Assembly (NCBI GenBank): GCA_004431415.1
Contig: QPMI01000114.1
Coordinates: forward strand, 1 to 64,000
Direction of reading: 5' to 3'
Length of the DNA: 64,000 bases
Source of the DNA: Cyanophora paradoxa CCMP329
Lineage: Eukaryota; Plantae; Glaucophyta
Shown here: piece by piece, positions 23,532-35,698 of the stretch
Layout: the number at the start of each line of letters is the position of its first letter
How positions within the stretch are numbered: position 1 is the first letter of the stretch
Notes under the pieces: model-generated
Told to the model about the DNA's origin: nothing
The model's database searches: none
The model's input: the letters and a program-made list of their open reading frames with translations, nothing else
Program-made: the position numbers and the translations under genes

Positions 23532-25189
23532 CCTTCAGCTGCGTGCACTCTCTACGCGAAGCAAAGCCGTGGGCACCATTTTAAATTTGCAGATCCATGG
23601 CAAAGCCCGGTGCTGAGAGGCTGCGCGCGCAGTCGTTGCAGGGAGTGCACTCCAATATGGTGTGAGCATGTCGCGCCGACGTTTGCAGAATGTTGCTCAA
23701 TTGCAAGGCCTTCGCCGCGCTCTCAAATCGGCGATAAGTGACGCGGGCGTACTGAATCCGTCCGACGTCGAGACGTGGTTTGGAGACTCGAAATCAAATG
23801 CAGCCGCAGCGGATGCAGGAGCCAAACACGCCAGTGACGGCTGGCACAGGTGCGGCATTCATTCTTCAATGGACGCGAACACCGCTAATTATAACCTTAA
23901 GCTTGCGTCAATCACCTCCAGGCTGGGCTTCTTCACGTACGACGACTGCGTGGCTTTCGTCGCGAACTCGTCGCACACCGCGGCCCAGTGCGCGGCGCAT
24001 TTTATTTCTGCGTCTCTCTGACGTGAGGCAGCAGGTGCGGATCGCCTATCTTCTCGGCACACGGACGCGAACTGCTTCAAGATCTAGAAGTTGATCATGA
24101 TGCCGGAGTTAGTTCGCAAGCGGCTCGCGTCCTTATGCATGTGCCGTGATGCGACGCGACTGCAGATCAACATACACGGACGCAGGCATCTTCTCCAGAC
24201 AGAAGACCCTTGCTTCCACGGCTCGACGACGCTCCAGCTCGAGGACGGCCGCCGCATGCGCCTTGACGACCCCGCCTTCCGCCACGGACCCGGTCTGGCT
24301 AGGACTGTCCGGGTGCAGGCCGCTGCATCCGACGGCTCCCTGCACTTCGCGGTGCGCATGCATTCAATATTGAAGCGCATAGCTCAAAGATCCTAAACGT
24401 GTCCCAACCGGCAGAGGTTCTACGGGAACACCCACAAGCCAGGCTACAAACCGCAGCCGTTCGTCAAGATCTCGACACGATCTTCGAACCTCATCTTGAC
24501 GCCGGGTATGCTCTGCTCTCTCTGCGATGCTGACGTGACCGGTCTCTATACTCATGGCTTTTGCAAATGCCTCATCAGGCCACTTTGTAAATGTCGCAGA
24601 GACGGAATCGTGGCGTGAGGCGCGCCTGCTGGTGGCCGCCCGCGTGAAGAAGGGCCACTACGTCTTCATCGAGCACGAGGGGCGCCTTATCGCCGAGGCG
24701 GTGACTGTCGTGGAGGACGTGATCGAGCGCGGGTCGTTCGGCATCTGGGTCGAGGGGGATCTTCCTCTCGTCAACGGCATCGCCGCGTCCGTCGCCACAG
24801 TCGGTGCGTGATCTCGATGAAGAGTTGACAGTGCACGTCTGCTACATGCAGCTAACTGCGTTTGCCCAGATCTACTGTACAGCAAGGAGGAGCTTCGAGC
24901 CAACACGCACTGGATGGTCGACGTTTGCTCCGCGATTATCTATTGGATGCAGCAGCTGGGCCTTTTTACAGCCCGCATCTTGTACCCGATCATCATCGCC
25001 CCGACGGCGAACCCTCGCCTGTCTTTTGAGCGGCTCGTCGAAAGAATCAACAGCATCTCACCAAGCCAGTTCATAGCTCTTGGGATCGGCTTCGTCGTCA
25101 TTCCGGCCTTGGCAATGGTGCGGCTGGTGTGGAGGAAGATTTGCACCATGCATATGGCGTCTCGCTCCAAGACGATCAAGCTCGTGTGA
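23532..25189 (+). CDS. 3' half of EF-hand/TM/Hint gene: ectodomain, Hedgehog-type Hint (Hog) domain and C-terminal hydrophobic segments
   Basis: The frame resumes after the TSD (PSAACTLYAKQS). Hint starts CFHGSTTLQLEDGRRMRLDD at 24211. Spliced block B reads LILTPG|H, followed by AARVKKGHYV and GSFGIWVEGDLPLVNGIAAS. TM segment FIALGIGFVVIPALAMV; stop at 25187-25189. Confidence 0.8.
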
Positions 25190-25259
25190 TGCTGCAGATT
25201 TAGATGTGGACCTGTACATAATCGATGTACATGTCAAAGGCTGGCCGTGCAAATCAAAG

Positions 25260-25830
25260 CAATCGAGGGGCGAGCCCTGCCGGAGGCGGCGCCCCTGCGT
25301 CACCCGAGGCCGGTCGGCCCGGCGGGCGAGGCGCGCCCCCGCCGGCGTGCGGGGGCGGCCGACCGCGCCTCACGTGCACAGCTATACAGGCCGCCGAGCC
25401 CGCCCCAGAAGGGCTATTCGTCGGCCCGCCAGCCAGGCTCCCGGCGGCCGCCTGCGCGGGCCGGGGCCGGCCTCCAGCAGCAGCGTGAGGTGGGCGTGGC
25501 CATGGGCCGGGGCGGGGCGCGCGGCCCGGGGCGGCCGGCCGCGCGCGCGGGGGCCGCGCCCGCCGCCGCCAGAGCCGTCGCGCCCATCTGCGCCGCCGTC
25601 GGCGCGGGGCGGGGCGGGGCGGGACGGGGCTGGGCCGGGCCCGGGGCGGGTCTCGAGGAGGGGAGGCGGTCGAGAGCGGCAGCGGCGCAGCGGCGCCCGT
25701 CCGCCAGCGCTGCCTCCGCGCTGCCGCCCGTCAGGGCCCGAGGGCGCCGGAGGGCGGCGGCGGGGCGGGCCGCAGCGCACTGCCAGGGCCGAGGGAAGCG
25801 GATGCGATCGTCGTCGGAGCGCGGCGCCAG
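25260..25830 (+). repeat. Third partial copy of duplication block A (matches ~5325-5850 and ~51733-52190)
   Basis: Shared atcgaggggcg...ctgcgtcacccgagg...ccagagccgtcgcgcccatctgcgccgcc...ggatgcgatcgtcgtcggagcgcgg. Confidence 0.85.
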
Positions 25831-26240
25831 CGCCGCCGCGTCCATGGCCATCTGCGCCCCCGTCGACGTCGGCGCGGGCTGGCGCGGGGCGGGGCCGGGG
25901 CGGGGCGGGGACGGAGCTCGAGCTCGAGGCGAGCCTCAGCCTGGCCCTCAGGGCCTCGAGGAGGAGGCCGGCGCCGGCGCCTCACAGTGCTTCAGCGCCG
26001 CGTTTTGAGCCCAGGACCGTCGGATTAAGGTCTGGGGCCGCATGATGTCAGCATGATGCCGCAATGATGAAAAGTGATGCTTGTATGGAAATGGCAGCAA
26101 TGGAACTTGGGACTTGGAATTTTTTTTGGGCAAACGCAGTGTTCCGGCATGACTCGGACCCGAACCCGAGCAAAACCGTTGTATGGAGACGGAAATAGCT
26201 CGGGGACTAGCCCCGCGGCAGGACTAGTACTAGCCCCACG

Positions 26241-27125
26241 CAGTGAATTTAAAATTTCACTTTCGCAAATTGCAAATTGAAAATTTACATATTAATTTTC
26301 AGAAAATTTTCACTGCCAAAAAGAGCACTGAAAACTTTCAATATATTGCAAAATACCCCCCCCCCCCTATTTTCGAGCACGCGCCGGCGCGCCCCCCCCC
26401 CCGGCCTTCTTGCAATATAGATGCGACTCATGATCACGCATTATATTTAACTTTCAAACTTTCAAACTTTCGAAAACTTTCAGCATCAGCAGCGCGAGCA
26501 GCACTGCTGCAGCAGCCGCCGCGCCGCGCCACACGTGTACGTATACGCGCGCACAGATCTAGATGGCGGACGCGTCCAGCACTACTGCTGCGCAGCAGTA
26601 GCGCCATCGTGGCCGCGGCGCCGTCGTCGGCGCCGTCGCCGCCGTCGCCTGGTACGGCGGCGTCGGCCGGGACGGGCGCGCCGAACATGCACGGCCTCCA
26701 GCAGGCCGCGGCCGGCAAGCGCAAAGCAGGCCGGCCGGAGGACCCCATCCATCGATTCTCGCACGCTCGGCACAGCTGCAGGCGATTCCGGACGAGGTGC
26801 AGATGGGCGTTGACGACAACAGCGGCATGGCCATATGCATATGCATGGAGGCCAGCTGCAGGCCCTAGGCCTCGCTTCCGCCCTCGCGCCCGAGCCTGCT
26901 GTCGACGACATAGCGGATAGTTAATTTATGCTTAAGATCGCATTATGGACATGCTCTCTCGTGTCTGGCGTGCCGCACTGAGTGCCCCTGTGTAGAGAGA
27001 TGTAGCAGATTCGCTTTGCAAGTAAACTTTGTATGGTGAAAATATTTGCTGAAAGTTTTCGAAAATTTACTGAAAATTTTCAGGGGGGCCCGCGGGTTGG
27101 AGATAATAAAATTTCACAAACACTG
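26241..27125. mobile_element. Putative non-autonomous hAT-like element
   Basis: CAGTG...CACTG ends and AT-rich subterminal TGAAAATTTT motifs. Flanks are gccccacg / gcccccacg (8-bp TSD with one extra C). Confidence 0.55.
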
Positions 27126-27166
27126 GCCCCCACGCGCGCGCCGCCGGCTATAGGCTTTCCCACAAA

Positions 27167-27593
27167 CAGTGTTGTCGTTATAGCGTCACCGTTATAACGG
27201 ATGACGTTATAACGTCACGTTAATAACGCGTTATAACGACCCCAGTCAATATGACGGACAGTCGTTATTAACGAGCTTCACGGCCTTCACCCCCCCTTAA
27301 CTCGCTTATTTCATCGTATTTTACCGCATTTATGACATAAAACTATGATAGAACAACTAAGAAGATGTTTACACATGCAAAGAAGGCTTAGGAAGCTCGC
27401 CGGCGATCACTGGCAGACCGCAGTCACGTACGAGCGGAAGTACCCGTGCAGGAAATGGAATATATTTAATGAATATTTAATATAATAAAATATTCAAAAT
27501 GACGAAAGTAACGCGTCATTATCCGTTATAACGCGTTATAACGGTCACGTTATAACGACCCGATTTCCCAAGTACGTTATAACGACAACACTG
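27167..27593. mobile_element. hAT-family MITE, 427 bp
   Basis: 16-bp TIR cagtgttgtcgttata / tataacgacaacactg and perfect 8-bp TSD cccacaaa (27159-27166, 27594-27601). Many subterminal CGTTATAACG palindromes. Confidence 0.9.
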
Positions 27594-29184
27594 CCCACAA
27601 ATTCCCAGTGATCCTCTAAAGGTTCCCCACACTGGGCTAGGGTTGGCCGCTTGAAATTTCAAGCCATTGAAATTGCATTGAAATTAGCCCTGCCAATTTC
27701 GGAAATCCAGATCGGCGAGCGAAATTCCTGTTCTCTCCCTCCAATGTCCGTCCCGCGTGTTCGCCCCGTACTCGTCCTCAATCAATTCACGCACTTACCT
27801 CGACGATGACATCACGCAATTTTCCATCGACTCTCTCTCGTGGATCGAATCTCGAACTTGTACGCTGCAATCCCGACGTCTGTCATGAATCAATTTCGAT
27901 CCTGGCTCCCCTAAGACGATCGCTCTCCCGTGGGCGTCGAGCGAAATCGAATTTCTCTCGCGGATCGATTCCGGTATTTATACCCCGGTTCGATCGCGAA
28001 ACCCCAAAAAGTGGGACCCGGTCCCGCCTGGTCCCGCGACGAAAGCGCGGCAGGAATGCCCCAGAGCGGTACAGAAAGAGAGCCGAGGGCGCACGCACCG
28101 CTGCAAGCTCGATTGCGGGCGCCGTCGACGCTCCAGTGCGAAGAGTCGGCCGAAAATTTGATCCGGCTGGTCCCGCCCGGCACAGCGCTTCAAAGTCCTT
28201 TTTTTCGTCCGGAAACGACTTGGCTTATTCCCCCCCAAAGGGGGTACGACTTGGGCTTTAGCGCTATGATAGAACAACTAAGAAGATGTTTACACATGCA
28301 AAGAAGGCTTAGGAAGCTCGCCGGCGATCACTGGCAGACCGCAGTCACGTACGAGCGGAAGTACCCGTGCAGGAAATGGAATATATTTAATGAATATTTA
28401 ATATAATAAAATATTCAAAATGACGAAAGTAACGCGTCATTATCCGTTATAACGCGTTATAACGGTCACGTTATAACGACCCGATTTCCCAAGTACGTTA
28501 TAACGACAACACTGCCCACAAATTCCCAGTGATCCTCTAAAGGTTCCCCACACTGGGCTAGGGTTGGCCGCTTGAAATTTCAAGCCATTGAAATTGCATT
28601 GAAATTAGCCCTGCCAATTTCGGAAATCCAGATCGGCGAGCGAAATTCCTGTTCTCTCCCTCCAATGTCCGTCCCGCGTGTTCGCCCCGTTCTCGTCCTC
28701 AATCAATTCACGCACTTACCTCGACGATGACATCACGCAATTTTCCATCGACTCTCTCTCGTGGATCGAATCTCGAACTTGTACGCTGCAATCCCGACGT
28801 CTGTCATGAATCAATTTCGATCCTGGCTCCCCTAAGACGATCGCTCTCCCGTGGGCGTCGAGCGAAATCGAATTTCTCTCGCGGATCGATTCCGGTATTT
28901 ATACCCCGGTTCGATCGCGAAACCCCAAAAAGTGGGACCCGGTCCCGCCTGGTCCCGCGACGAAAGCGCGGCAGGAATGCCCCAGAGCGGTACAGAAAGA
29001 GAGCCGAGGGCGCACGCACCGCTGCAAGCTCGATTGCGGGCGCCGTCGACGCTCCAGTGCGAAGAGTCGGCCGAAAATTTGATCCGGCTGGTCCCGCCCG
29101 GCACAGCGCTTCAAAGTCCTTTTTTTCGTCCGGAAACGACTTGGCTTATTCCCCCCCAAAGGGGGTACGACTTGGGCTTTAGCG
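27343..29184. repeat. Near-perfect 921-bp tandem duplication (27343-28263 / 28264-29184)
   Basis: Identical ORFs offset by 921 bp. It duplicates the MITE right end and the left end of the CACAG element. Confidence 0.93.
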
Positions 29185-30684
29185 CTTGCCTTCAGCTGCC
29201 GGCACGGCGAACGCTATCTCCACGCCATCGCCTCCCGTTCTGGCAGCGAGTAGTATTGCCTAGATAACATCGATTGGGCGGGTCCTCGCCGCCTGAGGCC
29301 GCCCAGATCGCCCGCCCGCACAGGAATCGTCAGCCAGCGAGCGTCAGGCCGGCGGCGCATCGGACGTATCCACCGACTAGCCGGCATGACCAGCGCTCTT
29401 TCCGGACGTAGTACAGCACTTCCGGGGGCTTCACGCGCGCCCGGCAGCTCGGCAGCGAATCTCGGGCGCGGAAGCTTGGAGCGACTTTCGGATCTCTGGG
29501 CGCAGCTCACCCGCAGGTGTCTTTCCTGCCTTCTCGATGCATATCCATCCACTAGCTGCGATCTGAGCCGCCCGCGCAGTGCCTGCGAGTTGGAACGGGG
29601 GGGTGCCTCCCGGCGGTCCTACGCCTGCCCCACCAACGCGGCGCCGCTCACCCTGTATGCGTTCGAGGGCTCTATTATCGATGTGCGTACCTTCTCCAGC
29701 GGTCGTGGCTCGGTTCCGCTCACGGGAAGAGGTCGCGCGCCCCAGATCAGTTTGCCCCCATCGCGTTTCGGTTGCGCCTCGCTCTTCTCCGACGCCATGT
29801 TCCTCTAGCGGTACGCCAGCACTTTGCCATACATGTTTACTATCCGCGTGCAAGCCCTGACCCGCCGCCGCGCAGCGGGTGGCGCGCCCGGCCTCGCCCC
29901 GCCAAGGGGGGTGGTTCGCGGACCGGCGACCTGGAAACTGAGCCCCGCCGCCCGGAAGTGCGTGCTTCTCTTTCTATATGTTAAATGTGAACTATGCGCG
30001 CTGCTCCCCGGCCCAGGCGCTTCGCTCCGCGCCGCTGACTGTGCACCACCAGTTAGAGACCTGCAGCCAGTTCACCACCACGGCACCCACGGCGTGTCTA
30101 GGTGCGGTTTCACGGTATGAAACCACTTCATTGTCGACATAAGCTGACTAAACTGCCGGGATGCAGCGGGCGCCGCCGGAATGGCCAAGATGACCACCAT
30201 GGCACCTCGGCGCCTCGCTACCCTGGTGCGCTCGCCGGCCGCCTGTTGCAGTTTCCGGCTTTGCTGATCGATGCGCACGTAGGCCGCTCGCTGTTGGGTG
30301 CGGCGAGGGTCCGCCACTGGCGCCGTGGCTCACACTGGGCGGGGGGCCGCCGACCGTGACCACCAAAACGAGCCCGGCCTCTGCTGTGCGAAAGCGCATC
30401 GTAAAGATTATGTTGATGTCAAGAAGACTTGCTATCCGCTAGGCGCGAGGTAGCCTGTGTATGGAGCGCGCCTATGAACGGACCTGTTTTTTGAATCTCA
30501 GAAGCTGGGGACTGAGGGCTGGGGCTCGCGCATAGCAACGTTTGAGCTACATGTCGATCGAAAGCGATCGCAATCAGTTGCAGTGAGCTAGCTAGACGGG
30601 ATGGTGGCACGTTCTGTTGTATGGGGGTACCAGTGTGTTTTTCCTGGTGAACCCGACTTTTTTTCAGGACTATGAAGCGCTGTG
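29102..30684 (+). mobile_element. Non-autonomous TIR element with CACAG termini (CMC: CACTA/Chapaev-like), copy A
   Basis: TIR cacagcgcttcaaagtcc / ggactatgaagcgctgtg; 3-bp TSD cgg. Confidence 0.8.
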
Positions 30685-30842
30685 CGGTCCCGCGACGCGC
30701 GCAATCGATGCGTACTGGCGCGCATAGACATAGCACGGTCTGCGCACTCCAGCGATCCGCTTTTCGGAGCCGGAACAACGCAGGAAGGCACGCGGTGGCG
30801 AAAATTCGATCCTGCACAGGCCCGGACATCTTTCCGCGCGCC

Positions 30843-32950
30843 GTAACAGTCCGGCGCCCGGGGAAAAAAGCTATGGTAAACATTTAAAAAAACCGGCCGA
30901 TCTGGGGTGGGCCGGACTCGAACTAGGGGTCTTGCTGATCGTAGCTAGCTTGCTGCGTTCGAATGCTAGCAGGCTTAAGCGCGTTGTCGGGAAACAAAGA
31001 GAAGCCTCTAACTGCGCCGTCCGCGGCAGCGAGCGCGATCCACGTGAAGCTAGCTAGTGCCGCAGTGCCGGAGTGCCCGAGCAGGCAGCTCCGGATCCAC
31101 GCGCTGATGCGCTTTCGAAAGCTAGCGTTGGTGCGTAGAGAACGCGCCGGCTCGCGCCGCCGGGAGAGCTAGCTAACGGGGTCCCGCGGTGCCTGCCCTT
31201 TGTCCCGCCCGGGCGGCTGTCCGGCAGCAGCGACGGCGCAGCGCCGCAGCCAATCGACTATGAGGCATCGAGTAGCGTCGCAGAGACTCGTTGCACACGC
31301 CCCCCTAAGATTGGAAGCGCCTCCGCGTCCGCGTCCGCAGGCGCGCCTCGCCCGGCCGCGCAACGCGCCCTAGCGGCGGCTGCGCGAGATGCGAGGCGGA
31401 CTTCTTCTCCCTCCTGAGCATGAGCCCGAGTGCGCGCTGGCTCCCCGCCGCGCCCCCGCCCCGCGCCCCCGCCCCGCGCCCCCGCCCCGCGCACGGCGCC
31501 ACAGGCTCTCACATTGCTCCTCTTCGAACAGCTGGAAGCGGCGCAGAAAAACAGAACGAGGGCGGGGCGCTCAGCTCCAGCGTCATGCGGCGTCTTCCAG
31601 AACGGCGTCGTACCGGCGAGCTGTCCCCTCGCCCTGCCGCGCGATCTTGTTAGAATCGCAAAGGGGGGCTCCTGCGGCGGGGCGCGCGCCGCGCGGGCGG
31701 GGGGCGCGGGCGGGGCTGCACGGACTCGCTTGGCGTCGGCGGACGGCGTCGGCGGCGTCGCGGCGTCGTCCCTCGCGTTCAGGGCGCCCGGCGGCGGCGC
31801 CGCGCGGCCTCCTGCGGCGGGGCGCGCGCCGCGCGGGCGGGGGCGCGGGCGGGGCTGCACGGACTCGCTTGGCGTCGGCGGACGGCGTCGGCGGCGTCGC
31901 GGCGTCGTCCCCTCGCGTTCAGGGCGCCCGGCGGCGGCGCCGCGCGGCCTCCTGCGGCGGGGCGCGCGCCGCGCAGACGGGGGCGCGGGCGGGGCTGCAC
32001 GGACTCGCTTGGCGTCGGCAGACGGCGTCGGCGGCGTCGCGGCGTCGTCCCTCGCGTTCAGGGCGCCCGGCGGCGGCGCCGCGCGGCCTCCTGCGGCGGG
32101 GCGCGCGCCGCGCAGACGGGGGCGCGGGCGGGGCTGCACGGACTCGCTTGGCGTCGGCAGACGGCGTCGGCGGCGTCGCGGCGTCGTCCCCTCGCGTTCA
32201 GGGCGCCCGGCGGCGGCGCCGCGCGGCCTCCTGCGGCGGGGCGCGCGCCGCGCGGGCGGGGGCGCGGGCGGGGCTGCACGGACTCGCTTGGCGTCGGCGG
32301 ACGGCGTCGGCGGCGTCGCGGCGTCGTCCCCTCGCGTTCAGGGCGCCCGGCGGCGGCGTCGCGCGGCCTCCTGCTCCAAGCCCACACATCTGGCAAGCTC
32401 TGCATGGCAAGCCAGCGAGCCCCGGAAGCACGCACGTGAACGTGGCAGGCCTGCTGCGGGCGATGGCGAGCCGGCTAGTCTTCCGGAACAGCCTTGATGT
32501 GCAGAGCCGCGACCTGGGAGTAAGCGCGATCGAGCGCGGGGCTAGGCCGCCGACGGCGTAAGGTTGAAGGCGCCAGCTAGCGCGAGAGGCTGGGCTCTTG
32601 GGATCCTGCTGACGCGGGCGTTAGCGCGCTCGCACGACGTCTCCAAGGCACGAACGCACATAGAAGTAGTATCTCCGACCTCGGCGATGCGCAGCTTCTC
32701 CCCTCGCCGAACTGCGCCTTCAGGACGCCGCCAGACGGGACGCTGGTGCGGCTGTAGTTGATGCGCTTCTCGCCGAGGCATTCTAGCCACGATTTAAGGT
32801 CGTCCTCTGGCCCGATGCTCTCCCAACTACACTCTCCCCAGGGTCATGCAAACCAAGTTCCCGGGATTTGAACCCTTGCTGTTCGGAGGAAAACGGTCTA
32901 ATTTCCAGTTTCCCTACCATAGCTTTTTTCCCCGGGCGCCGGACTGTTAC
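30843..32950. mobile_element. Unclassified non-autonomous TIR element (GTAACAG termini, 5-bp TSD) with internal gene-like cargo
   Basis: ~35-bp TIR gtaacagtccggcgcccggg(g)aaaaaagctatggta; TSD gcgcc at 30838-30842 and 32951-32955. Confidence 0.82.
31668..32373. repeat. Minisatellite, five copies of a ~140-bp unit
   Basis: Unit cctgcggcggggcgcgcgcc...ctgcacggactcgcttggcgtcgg...cctcgcgttcagggcgcccgg starts at ~31670, 31811, 31950, 32090 and 32230. Confidence 0.9.
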
Positions 32951-33111
32951 GCGCCCACGCCGCGGCGCATGCGCGGAACAATAGTATAAGCATTTGAGAT
33001 GTAGACAAACCCTTCCGCGCGCTTTGCAGATGCGCCGGGCCGCGAGGACCCAGCCGAACCCGAGAATTCGATCCTTGACGAACCTGCCCATCTTTCCGCG
33101 CGCCCTCGCAT

Positions 33112-34676
33112 CACAGCGCTTCAAAGTCCCGAAAAAAAGTCGGCTTGACCAGGAAAAAAAGACTGGTACCCCCATACAAACTGTGGGAGGACCACCGACG
33201 CATCTCGCGCGAGCGCTGGCGACTGCAATCGTCTCAGATCGATGCGCTGAGCAAACGGTTGCATGCGCGTCCCAGCCCGCCCACTACCAGCTTTGGAACG
33301 GGTCAAAAGTAGGTCCGCGTTCAAACTTCCCGAGCACTGCTACTCTAACGCATGCAACCGTTTGCAGAGCATAACAAGAGCCGCTGATTCCGCTTGAGAG
33401 CGGCGGCGGCCGGGCTACTTTTGGTCCTTCCTTCTTGGTCAGGCTCTAGCAGTGTAGACCACAGCCCCAGCCGTGGACCCTCGCCGCACTCGACAGCGAG
33501 CGGCCTACGTGCGCATCGATCAGCAAAGCCGGAAACTGCAACAGGCGGCCGGCGAGCGCACCAGGATAGCATGGCGCGGAGGTGCAATGGTGGTCATCCT
33601 GGCCATTCCGGCGGCGCTCGCTGCATCCCGGCAGTTTAGCCAGCTTATGTCGACAATGAAGTGGTTTCATACCGTAAAAGCGCACCAAGACACGCCGTGG
33701 GCGCCGTGGTTGTGAACTGGCTGCAGGTCTCTAACTGGTGGTGCACAGTCAGCGGCGCGGAGCGAAGCGCCTGGGCCGGGGGGCAGCGCGCATAGTTAAC
33801 ATCTAACATATAGAAAGAGAAGCACGCACTTCCGGGCGGCGGGGCTCAGTTTCCAGGTCGCCGGTCCGCGAACCACCCCCCTTGGCGCGGCGAGGCCGGG
33901 CGCGCCACCCGCTGCGTTCCGGCGGGTCAGCGCTTGCACGCGGATAGTAAACATGTATGTCGAAGTGGTGGCGTACCGCTAGAGCAACCTGGCGTCGGAG
34001 AAGAGCGAGGCGCAACCGAAACGCGATGGGGGCCAACTGATCTGGGGCGCGCGATCGCTTCCCGTGAGCGGAACCGAGCCACGACCACTGGAGAAGGTAC
34101 GCACATCGATGATAGAGCCCTCGAACGCATACAGGGTGAGCGGCGCCGCGTTGGTGGTGCAGGCGTAGGACCGCCGGGAGGCACCCCTCCGTCCCAACAC
34201 GCAGATGCTGCGCGGGCGGCTCAGATCGCAGCTAGTGGATGGATATGCATCAAGAAGCCCAGAAAGACACCTGCGGGTGAGCTGCGCCCAAAGATCCGAA
34301 AGTCGCTCCTGGCTTCCGCGCCCGAGATGCGCTGCCGGGCTGCCGGGCGCGCGTGAAGCGCCCGGAAGTGATGTACTACGTCCGGAAAGAGTGCTTGCCA
34401 TGCCGGCTGGTCGGTAGATACGTCCGATGCGCCGCCGGCCTCAGCTGCCGATTCCTGGGCGGGCGGGCGATCCGGGCGACCTCGGGCGGCTAGGACCCGC
34501 CCAATCGATGTTATCTAGGCAATACTACTCGCTGCCAGAGCGGGAGGCGATGGCGTGGAGATTGCGTTCGCCGTGCCGGCAGCGCAAGGCAAGCGCTAAA
34601 GCCCAAGTTGTACCCCCTTTGGGGGGGAATAAGCCAAGTCGTTTCCGGACGAAAAAAAGGACTTTGAAGCGCTGTG
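33112..34676 (-). mobile_element. CACAG-terminus element, copy B (inverted and diverged relative to copy A)
   Basis: TIR cacagcgcttcaaagtcc / ggactttgaagcgctgtg; 3-bp TSD cat; reverse-complement similarity to 29102-30684. Confidence 0.8.
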
Positions 34677-35698
34677 CATCCTCACGCATGCCCATCCATA
34701 CAGTATTCATTTGAGAGCTTTTGCAAGCTTTGCGCAAGCTCTCTGGGGGCCGAAGAGCACAAAAACCCAGCCGACGCCAAATTTGGAGATCTATTTTTTT
34801 TTTTTGGTGAATTACCGGCCACAGCCTCTAGTCTACTCCAGCACTGTGGGGGCGTGTACAGGCAAGGTGGGGCATGATCGATCGGAATTATGTGGAACGG
34901 GCGGGATTTGAAGGCGTGATTCTCATCGCAGGGCGATTCGAACACGGAAGGCATGCATCGGAAAGCGTGTATGATAACCACACCGCTATGAGCGGGGGCA
35001 AATTTGGAGATCTAGCTATAGGGGGGAAATATATATATATATTTCGAGGAATTCCCCCCCTAGATTTCACCTCGAGCTCGAGCTCCACCAAAAATCGAGC
35101 TCCACCGACCAATATAAATTTATTTCTCACCTCGAGCTCGAGCTCCCGGGTCCATCGACCGCGGCCGGTACCAATATATCGCTGCGGTGAATAAGGTGCA
35201 CGTGGCGGCGGGCCCGGGGGCGCTGGCTCGCCGGGCAGAGCGCAGCATGACTTGGTGGACGGGGCAGAGGCACCAGGGGCGGCGGCGCGGCTCGCCGGGC
35301 AGAGCGGAGGCGCGCGGGGCAGCCGCTGGGCGCCGTGGCTCGCCGGGTGGGGTGCCTGCGCAGCCTCGGAGCGCGGCGGCCTGGCCCAGTGGTGGCGTGG
35401 CTCAGCGGCTTGGTGGACGGAGCAGAGGCCCCACGGGCGGCGGCGAGGCTCTCAGGGCGAGGCAGAGGCATGCAGGGTGGCAGCTCGCGGGGGGGCTCAC
35501 TGGCAGCGCGGACCGGCAGGCACAGAGGCGGCGGATCCGGAGCGGCGTGCAGCCTACGGTGCAGCCTGGCAGCGCCAGGTCTACGCCTACCGAGCGCTCC
35601 CATCTAAGCCTCATCGACGCTAAGCGAGCAGGCATGCATTGGCAGGGCTTACCACACGTGAGTGTGGGCTTGTTGAAATTTCAATTTCAATTTCAATG

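Noticed and set aside
24211-24800. Self-splicing intein
   Set aside because: No C-terminal His-Asn plus nucleophile and no homing endonuclease; the motifs are Hedgehog/Hog-type.
27167-27593. CRISPR-like array of CGTTATAACG repeats
   Set aside because: Irregular spacing, eukaryotic context and no cas genes; these are MITE subterminal repeats.
29102-34676. Single foldback element with 1.6-kb TIRs
   Set aside because: Each arm has its own TIR pair and distinct TSD, and the outer flanks (cgg vs cat) do not match.
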